From: an uncultured Fibrobacterota bacterium
Lineage (GTDB): Bacteria > Fibrobacterota > Chitinivibrionia > Chitinivibrionales > FEN-1185
Direction: 5' to 3'
DNA length: 64,000 bases
Assembly: GCA_963753345.1 (NCBI GenBank)
Contig: CAVWBU010000016.1
Coordinates: forward strand, 64,001 to 128,000
Part shown: piece after piece, positions 19,364 through 27,400 of the stretch
Numbering within the stretch: position 1 is the first letter of the stretch
Layout: the number at the start of each line of letters is the position of its first letter
Program-made: the position numbers and the translations under genes
The notes under the pieces: generated by a model
Told to the model about the DNA's origin: nothing
Database searches by the model: none
What the model saw: the letters and a program-made list of their open reading frames with translations, nothing else

Positions 19364-19437
19364 ACTTTTAATATACGCCTTTCTTCGCCAAAATTCAAGC
19401 TCTTTCATTGCCATTGATGTCCTGAGCCAGCAACAAT

Positions 19438-19563
19438 GCACAACAGCCACGTTACGCAAGGCCCTTCGGGCACATGGCCAGCGTTTGAATAAGACGTGTC
19501 ATGTCGCTTTGCTCCGTCACGTTTTCTAACGCTGGCCACGTCGTAACACGGCAAACGTTGAGC
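19438..19563 (+). mobile_element. attC-like integron cassette recombination site
   Basis: GCACAAC-A-GCCACGTTACG ... TGGCCAGCGTT ... AACGCTGGCCA ... CGTAACACGGC-AAAC-GTTGAGC. GTTRRRY core; the mismatches become G-T pairs on the bottom strand. Confidence 0.68.
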
Positions 19564-19682
19564 TTTTCATTCACTCACATGCCATCCAGATCCGTAATAA
19601 TGAACTACAATGAGCAATAAAGGAGTCCCCATGCTTCATCACCCTCTACCTTTTATCAACAACCTGATCCCCTAACGCTCCC

Positions 19683-20404
19683 ATGAGACTTCTCTTCCTC
19701 CTGATCCCGCTTTCCTTTCTTTATTCAATATGCTGGCCCCAGGAACCTGCTGCTGTTTCTCGGAACAGCGTTTTCCCGGTAGTGATCATTGTTTCCACAA
19801 CCGGAACATCGATCTCATGGTTCTCGGCACCATTGGCGCCGCCCACGCGCGCAATCCCCATTTCACCTGGGCGCATCTCGATTCCCTGCTGCAGCGAATC
19901 GCCCCGGAGCTGCTTCTGGTGCAGATCCGTCCCGACCATTGTGACAAACAGGAATTCTTCGACGGCGCGCCCGACATGGCGTATCTGGCGCACGCCGCTC
20001 AGAAAATGAAGATTGAATGCCGCGGCATCGACTGGTGGCTCGACATGCAGATCGTGAATTGGGACAAGGTGGACCCAAAAGAGCGGATCGGACATATCAA
20101 TGAGAACATACGCAACGTCCTCGGTTCAACGCGCGCCCAAATGATCCTTATCGCCGTCGACCTGTCGTTCGTGGATTCGGTCCGCAACTGCCTGATCCTC
20201 GACAGCCTCAGGGAATGGACCTGTCCGCAGACCCGGTTCGCCCTTGCGAAGCCCTCCGACCTCCCGCCCGAAACGATCGACTTCTTCAGGGACGGAATGG
20301 TGTACCTGTCGTATTTGCCCTATGCCAGTGCCGCACCAGTGCAAAAGAAAATCAATGATCTGCGCGAGATTGTAAAAGGCAAGGGATATTGTTTCGAGCG
20401 TTGA
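19683..20404 (+). pseudogene. Hypothetical secreted protein, probably frameshifted near 19760
   Basis: Signal-peptide-like MRLLFLLIPLSFLYSICWPQ lies in the frame of 19683; the globular body (MVLGTIGAAH...PELLLVQIRP...GIDWW) lies in the frame ending at 20404. Confidence 0.45.
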
Positions 20405-20434
20405 CTAAGCGGAAAAGACGGCACCGGACGGAAA

Positions 20435-21283
20435 TTAATACTTTGTCCCATACACCACCTGCAGCCGGACATCGGGCAGGCTGAGCATGGTAAAAGAAGT
20501 GTTGTCAGTCAAAAACCCCGCTACACCCATTGAAACAAGGTTTGTCGCAAGAACCACGGTGACTGGGCCTATCTCTTTGAACACTCCCGCCGATAGGGAA
20601 GCCCAGAGGAGCCTCACGTCAATATCCTCCTGATATCGGTACATCCAATAGAAGTACTGAACGTTCGGCGCCAGGAAATACTTGAGCCCCCCGTATTCCT
20701 TCATCGTGTTTATGGTCCCGTTGAATCCGATGGAAGGGCAGAACGACCCGCCATTGTCGCGTATCAGACTGTCGGTACTATTGCCGGAATAGAAAATAAG
20801 GGCGCGGTAGTCCGAGTTCCTGGTGCCGAACGTGAAATACAGTCTGGCGCCGATGACCGGATTCGAAAGGTGCGCGCCGACCCCGAGCATAACGTCATAG
20901 TACAAATTCCGGTTGTAATACGAGCCGTTGACGTTTGCCGTGAATGAAAAAGGCACTTTCGAATTGAAGGTGAGGAAAAGACCGGCCTTGGTTTCAGGCA
21001 CCGACCAGTTTACGTTGTTCGGGACCACGAGTGTATCGGCGGGATCGGTTGCCGCCGACTGCGGCCCGTCCTGGTAGTGGAGCCCGTAACCGCCGTTGTA
21101 TCCCAGAAAGCCGCCGACCTCAAAACTCTTGGAGGAATTCGGCCGTTCAACGTTGACCGGAGTGACCGGGGAGGTTGCGGTGAGTTCCAGATCCCGCAGG
21201 GAATACACCACGCAGCCGTCAAAAAACACTATCGCAATTGACGACAGAACAGTGCCGCAGATTGTTTTCGAAGGGTATTTCAT
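20435..21283 (-). CDS. Hypothetical outer membrane or lipoprotein
   Basis: Start MKYPSKTICG with possible lipobox FFDGC; aromatic-rich amphipathic strands. Confidence 0.6.
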   Translation of the reverse strand: MKYPSKTICGTVLSSIAIVFFDGCVVYSLRDLELTATSPVTPVNVERPNSSKSFEVGGFLGYNGGYGLHYQDGPQSAATDPADTLVVPNNVNWSVPETKAGLFLTFNSKVPFSFTANVNGSYYNRNLYYDVMLGVGAHLSNPVIGARLYFTFGTRNSDYRALIFYSGNSTDSLIRDNGGSFCPSIGFNGTINTMKEYGGLKYFLAPNVQYFYWMYRYQEDIDVRLLWASLSAGVFKEIGPVTVVLATNLVSMGVAGFLTDNTSFTMLSLPDVRLQVVYGTKY

Positions 21284-21396
21284 GGTTGCACCTTGACCTT
21301 TCGGAAACCTTTCGCAGACGCTTTTGCTCCAATGGTAATATAAATCCTCGCCGCTCCCGTTCCGCAAGTTGTGCCACCGTGATCTCCTTGCCCCTT

Positions 21397-22632
21397 TCAC
21401 TTTCTCAGCATGTCTCCCACCGCGAGCGCCTTTTCCGCATTCGCTATCACCAGCCTGTTTGTCAACGCCCTGTCCAGCCTGTTGCCTTCAAGATCGGTTA
21501 TTTCCCGGATTGCAGTCGCAAACGGCATTTTCTCCTTTCTCACCGGCAGGACGTTGAGAACGTCGCCTACACAGAACGGATTTTTCACGTCGACTACCGC
21601 GCCCCTGCCCGCGAGGATTTCACGCACCACCCCGACGATCCTCATTGTCGGGAGCGGCCTGCTGTCGGTCACGTCCTGAAGCGCGTATTCGCCCATATAG
21701 AACCCGGTGGTGTACGGCCGGTGGTCGAGCCGTTCGATCTCCTCGCGCCATTCCTGCCTCACCGCATACGCGCCGCCCGCGGCGACGGCGTCGAGCGCGG
21801 CGCGGTACACCTTGACAACCGACGAGACGTAATGCGCGCTCCGGTTGCGGCCCTCTATCTTCACCGATGCGACTCCCGTCCCGACGATGCGGTCGAGGAT
21901 GGGCAGGCAGCACAGGTCCTTTGAATTGAACAGGAACGCTTTCGCAGGCGCGTTGCCGTCTTCCTCCTCCACCGTGAACCACTCCCCTGTTTCCGTTTCG
22001 TTGTCGTACATGGGCGACACGCGGTACCGGAACCGGCACGGCTGGCGGCAGTCGCCCTGGTTGGGGTGCCGCCTGCCCGTATACACGCCGAGCAGGCACC
22101 TGCCGGACACCGACATGCACATGGCGCCGTGAACAAACGCTTCCATTTCTATTGGTGAGGAACGGCACATCTCTTCTATTTGCGCGAGCGTGAGTTCCCG
22201 CGGAAGCACGATGCGCGTTATCCCCTGGCCCGCCCAGAATGCAGCGGCTGCGCTGTTGAAAGTGCCGGTCTGGGTGCTCAGGTGAAGGGCGGTCGAAGGC
22301 GCGTACCTGCGGCACAGGGAAACAACACCCGGATCGCTCACGATGAACGCATGCGGCATTATTTCTTTTTTCGCAAGCCCTGCGAGAAGAGACTCGATGC
22401 CGGGCATGGTTTCGTCGACAGGCATGGTGTTGAGAGCGACGTAAACCTTGCTTCGCTTTTCATGTGCGAACGCCAGGAGTTCTCCAAGTTCCGAAGGCGC
22501 GGCGTTTTTCGATCGGGCGCGGAGGTTGTACGGACCCACGCCGATGTAGACCGCATCGGCGCCATGGCGCAACGCCGCGCGGGCGCATTCGGCGTCCGCG
22601 GCAGGCGCAAGAAGTTCCGGTAAATGGATCAT
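21397..22632 (-). CDS. U32 family protein, TrhP/YegQ-like (probable tRNA hydroxylation)
   Basis: PELLAPA, GADAVYIG, LHLSTQ, EAFVHGAMCMSVSGRCLL, GDCRQPCR, NSKDLC, KIEGR. Confidence 0.88.
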   Translation of the reverse strand: MIHLPELLAPAADAECARAALRHGADAVYIGVGPYNLRARSKNAAPSELGELLAFAHEKRSKVYVALNTMPVDETMPGIESLLAGLAKKEIMPHAFIVSDPGVVSLCRRYAPSTALHLSTQTGTFNSAAAAFWAGQGITRIVLPRELTLAQIEEMCRSSPIEMEAFVHGAMCMSVSGRCLLGVYTGRRHPNQGDCRQPCRFRYRVSPMYDNETETGEWFTVEEEDGNAPAKAFLFNSKDLCCLPILDRIVGTGVASVKIEGRNRSAHYVSSVVKVYRAALDAVAAGGAYAVRQEWREEIERLDHRPYTTGFYMGEYALQDVTDSRPLPTMRIVGVVREILAGRGAVVDVKNPFCVGDVLNVLPVRKEKMPFATAIREITDLEGNRLDRALTNRLVIANAEKALAVGDMLRK

Positions 22633-22669
22633 ATTCTAAGGTGGGCTGCGCCACGAAGCGATGATCATT

Positions 22670-23194
22670 TCATTGCTGTTTTTCGGCCTTTGCGCCTCTG
22701 TGCTGGTCGGCCGAGTCGTTGCCGGTCCCGGCGGACGAAGAAGACGGCTCCTGACGCTTTTTCTGCGCGGCGGTGTCGGACTGCGCCGGCTTCATGGTAA
22801 GCACCTGTTGTATCGCCGATTCGTAGTCTTCCTTCGGCCTCAGGCCCTGCAGATACAAGACCACGGCCCTATCCTTTACAAAAAACACCGCGGGAATCGC
22901 AGACACGTGGAAATAGGCCGATACCTTCACATTCACGTCAACGTTTACCTTCATCACCTTTATTCGGCCGGCATATTTCTTCCTGATGTCCTCCAGGGTG
23001 GGACTCAGCATCCTGCACGGCATGCACCAGGTTGCCCAGAAGTCAATAAGCACCGGCACCTTTGACTTGAGGAGCTGGTCGACGATGATGTCCGACGAGT
23101 CGAAGGGCGCCTTGCTTTCCATAACGGGAGGAGGAAACTGCCCGAACGCAAGGACGTACAGAAATAGGACGACAGCAAGGGGTTTGAACGTCAT
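22670..23194 (-). CDS. Thioredoxin with N-terminal signal peptide
   Basis: PVLIDFWATWCMPCRMLSP, cis-Pro motif SAIP, hydrophobic leader. Confidence 0.9.
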   Translation of the reverse strand: MTFKPLAVVLFLYVLAFGQFPPPVMESKAPFDSSDIIVDQLLKSKVPVLIDFWATWCMPCRMLSPTLEDIRKKYAGRIKVMKVNVDVNVKVSAYFHVSAIPAVFFVKDRAVVLYLQGLRPKEDYESAIQQVLTMKPAQSDTAAQKKRQEPSSSSAGTGNDSADQHRGAKAEKQQ

Positions 23195-23228
23195 TTTTCT
23201 CCAATGGTGATGTACGTTTACGCGGCGG

Positions 23229-24368
23229 CTACTTCGGTTTCCTCGCGGCCTCCGCCTTCCGCGCCTCGTTCATACGCCGTATCTGCATCTTTTTCTTTTC
23301 GTGCTCTTCGCCGGTCATTGAGAAATCGTGCGCGCCCGACCCGTCCCATTTTGCCACAAAGTAAAGCTCCTTCGTCTGCGCCGGCGACAGCGCCGCGCGC
23401 AGCGACGCAAGCCCTGGCGAACAGATGGGGCCGGGAGGCAGTCCCGCGTACCGCCGGGTGTTGTACGGGGAATTCACGGCAAGGTCCGAAGCGAGCAGCG
23501 GGCCTGAGAACTTCCGCAGCACATACCGCACCGTGGGATCGGCGCCGAGCGGTATCCTCTTTACAAGCCGGTTGCAAAACACACCCGCCACAAGAGGACG
23601 CTCGGAATCGAGCGTGGCCTCTTTTTCCACGATCGAGGCGAGAATGATTACCTCGTGCCGCGAACGCGCGGGCGCGGAAGAATCGCGCGTGATGGAGGCG
23701 TACTGTTCGGCGCCGTGATCCACCATGCGCTTTACAATATCGAAAACCGTGACGTCGGGGGCAAACCGGTAGGTATCGGGGAACAGGTATCCCTCGGCGG
23801 ACTGCGCGGGAATGCCGAGCCGCCGCAGCGTCTCCTGGTCCCCGCAGACGCGCACGAATTCCGAGGAATCAACCGCAAGCGAGCGGCCGATTATCCCGGC
23901 GGTCTGTTCTATGGTGAGTCCCTCCGGAACGGTGACGATATGCTCTATCGGCTCGGCATGGAGCAGCTTTTGCGCCGCGGAAACCATTCCTTCGCCTTTG
24001 TAAAGCGACACCTTTCCGGCTTGGACCTTTTTTTCCATTCCCAGCAGTCTCACCCAGAAAACAAACGCAGTCGACGACGGTATCACCCGTTCTGCCTTGA
24101 GCTTCCGGGCCACACTATGGATTGAGGCGCCTTTTTCAACCACGATTTCAACGGGGACAGCTTTATCCAAGCGAGGCACGAACAGGTACACCGCCGCCCC
24201 CGCGATGAAGATCGCGACCAGCGCCAGAGAGAGAAAAAGGATCTTCAATTTCTGCATTAATCGGATCGACCACAGCACGCCGTAAAAAAGATATCCCAGC
24301 GCCGCAAGAAAATAAAGAGCGCCGGTGCACCACGTGCGGACAAGCGCTCTCAAAAAGCTGTTTTTCAT
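23229..24368 (-). CDS. mltG: Endolytic transglycosylase MltG (start may be 24257)
   Basis: VTVPEGLT, EGYLFPDTY, LASIVEKE, LGADPTVRY, SPYNTRRYAGLPPGPICSPG. Confidence 0.93.
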   Translation of the reverse strand: MKNSFLRALVRTWCTGALYFLAALGYLFYGVLWSIRLMQKLKILFLSLALVAIFIAGAAVYLFVPRLDKAVPVEIVVEKGASIHSVARKLKAERVIPSSTAFVFWVRLLGMEKKVQAGKVSLYKGEGMVSAAQKLLHAEPIEHIVTVPEGLTIEQTAGIIGRSLAVDSSEFVRVCGDQETLRRLGIPAQSAEGYLFPDTYRFAPDVTVFDIVKRMVDHGAEQYASITRDSSAPARSRHEVIILASIVEKEATLDSERPLVAGVFCNRLVKRIPLGADPTVRYVLRKFSGPLLASDLAVNSPYNTRRYAGLPPGPICSPGLASLRAALSPAQTKELYFVAKWDGSGAHDFSMTGEEHEKKKMQIRRMNEARKAEAARKPK

Positions 24369-24429
24369 GGTGCATGAACTGCGACAGTATGAGGAAGCCG
24401 GCGCGCCGCCCGCGGTTCCCGCGTCGTCC

Positions 24430-27400
24430 TTACCAGTCGGTGTTGGCGTCCTGCTTTCCGGTTGTCGTCTTGCCGCCCGAGGCCTTCTGCAAAACGAAAT
24501 TGTAAAGACTCTTGATCTTTTCGTCGTCCTGCTTGAGCTTTTCCGCTTTTTCAAGCAGCGGCAGCGCATCCGTGAGCCTGTCGGTCTTGACGTATCCCCT
24601 GGCCAGCTGGTACATGTAATCGGGCGTATTGGCCTTCAGCGCGTTGGCCATCTCCAGAAACACCATCGCGTCATTGAAGAGACGCCTGTTGAGCAGGGTG
24701 ATGCCGATGTCCTCGCACGCGTCGGGATTGGTGGCGTCGTGTTGGATGTACGTCTGATACGCTTCCGTCTCAAGCTTCGGTTTCCCGAGTTTCCCGTATA
24801 TCTTGCCGATCTCGATCCACATGAGCGGGAGCGTGTCCTTGAGCGAGAGCCCTTTCTTGAGCAACATCGCCGCTTTTTCGAGATTCGCGGGCTGTTTCGC
24901 ATAAAGCAAGCCGGCGCCGAGGTAATTCCGGTAGTCCTTCGGATTCTTCGCCAGGTTCTCCTCGTAAATCCTGGCCGCGGAGGCCGGGTTGAGCGATTCC
25001 TCGATCTGGGCCCTTCGATAGGAAGCCTCGGGGTCGTTCACGTCCGGCAGCTTGACATAGGCTGCGTAGGCGCTTGCGGCGTTTGCATTGTCCCCTGTCT
25101 TTTCGTAGGAATCGGCGAGCATCCGAAGCGTCACGGCGTTGTGCGGGTTCTTCGCCTTGCCGCTCTTGCTCAGGCCATGCAGCCTCTCAAAAATGTCCGC
25201 GCTTTTCCTGTAGTCCTTGGCATAGTAGTAGGCGCGCCCGTAAAGGAAAAGAAATTCCACGTCCTCACCCTTCTCCTTCACCGCCTTGTTAAGCAGCTTG
25301 ATCGTCTCTTCGTAGTTCTTCTTCTTGAACTCGTCTTCGGCCACCAGCAGCGCGATATCGGGGTCGTTGGTGGTGGATTTGGCAAGGTATTTCTTGTATG
25401 CCTCGATCGCGTCATCCCGCTTTTGCTCTTTCATGTAAAGATCGCCAAGGACCTTGCATTCCTGGGTCGCGTCCGGGTTTATGGCGACCACCTGCTGATA
25501 TGAAACGATGGCGTCGGCGGTGTTGCCGCTCCTCAGCTGGCAGCGCGCAAGCGACGACAGGAGGGCGGTGTTCTTCTGGTCGAGCGACAGCGCCTTATTG
25601 TAGCTGGCCATCGCCTTGGGGTAGAGCATCTTCTTCTCGTAGATCGAACCGAGCGTCGCATAGGTGGACGCATCGGCCTCGCCCGAGGCCACCATCTTGG
25701 TGAGCACCGCGACCACCTCTTCGGGAGTTCCCCGGGCCACCACAAGCTCGGCATACCTTTTGTAAACTCCCTTGACGGACGGGTCTATCGACAGGGCCGT
25801 GCGGTACGCGAGGAAGGCGCCGCTCAGATCCTTCTGGTCGTAGAGATAGTCGCCCAGGTCCTTCTGGGCGTCCGCGTCGTGCGGGTTGATGGCGATGTAC
25901 TTCTTGAGGTAGGCTATCGCGGCTTCTTTTTCGTTGTTGTGCATGGCGATGTCGTACAGGCTCTTGTACGCGTCCGCGTTGGCGGGTTCAATGGCCGCGA
26001 CCTGCCGCAGCAGTTCCTTTGCCTTGTCGTAATCCTTTTTCTGGAGACAGGCCTGCGCATAGGCGTTAAGGAAGGAAACCTTTCTCGCATCTTCGCCCGC
26101 GACCATGCCGAAATACCGCACCGCATCGTCGTAGTTCTTGTTTTTAAACGCGTCCTGGCCCACAAAGACGGCGATCGCATAGTCTTTGGGCTGTTTTTCC
26201 AGGTACTTTTTGTAAACGGTCACCGCCTGGTCCTGTTTCTTCTGCTGCAGGTACATCTCGCCGAGCAGTTTGTACACCCGCATCTCCTGCGGATTGACGG
26301 CAATGACCTGCTCGTACGTGACGGCCGCCTCCGTGGTGTTGCCGGTCTTCACCTGGCAGGCGCCGAGCGCCATGAGCAGTGCGGTGTTCTTCGGATCGGA
26401 CGCAAGCGCCTTCTGGAACATCTGGATGGCCTGCGGGTACAGACCCTGCTTCTCGTAGACAATGCCCTGAGCGTTGTACATGGCGGCATCGGCCTCGCCC
26501 GCGGCAATCGCCCCCTTGACGGCTGCGGAAACCTCCGCGGAAAGCCCCTGCTCCGTGGCCATTTCAAAGTATCGTTTGTAAATTCCCTTGATGGTCGGAT
26601 CGAGCGCCAGCGCCTTCTTGTAGGCGGCGAGCGCACCGGGGAATTCCTTCCTCTCGTACAGAAGATCGCCCAGGTTCTTCTGCGCCGTTGCATCCGACGG
26701 CTTGAGAGCAAGGTATTTCCTGAGGTATCCCGCAGCGGCGGTTCTCTGGCTCGAGTCCTGCCACGCGATGGTGTACAGGATCCTGTAAACGTCCGGATTG
26801 TTCGGGGTGAGGATGGCGAGCTGGGCATACAGGTCTTTCGCCTTGTCGTAGTCCTTTTTCTGGTAGCACGAATACGCGTACATGGAAAGATAGGCGGACG
26901 TCTTTGTTTCGGTGCCCGCCACCATGCCGAGATATTTCGCGGCCTCGTCGTAGTTCTTGTTCGTGTACGCGTACTCGCCGATGGTGTACGCCACGGCATA
27001 GTCCTTAGGCTGTTTGTCAAGATATTTCTTGTACGTGGCGATCGCGAGGTCCTTCTTGTTCTGCGCAAGGTACATGTCGCCGAGCAACTTGTTCACGCGG
27101 GCGTCCTGGGGGCTTAGCGCGAGCACCTGTTCGTAGGTGACCGATGCCTCGGCGGAATTGCCGGCTTTCACCTGGCACGAAGCAAGCGCCATCAAAACCG
27201 CCGTGTTCTTGGGGTCCGTCGCAAGCGATTTCTGGAACATCTGGATGGCCTTGGCATACTGGGCTTCACGCTGGTAGGTGTTTCCCTGCGACGCGTACAT
27301 CCCCGCGTCGGCCTCGCCCGCGTTGATCGCGCCGGAAAGCGCCGCGCTGATGTCGGTCTGCACGCCGAGGGCGGTCGCGAGCTCGAAATACCTTTTGTAA

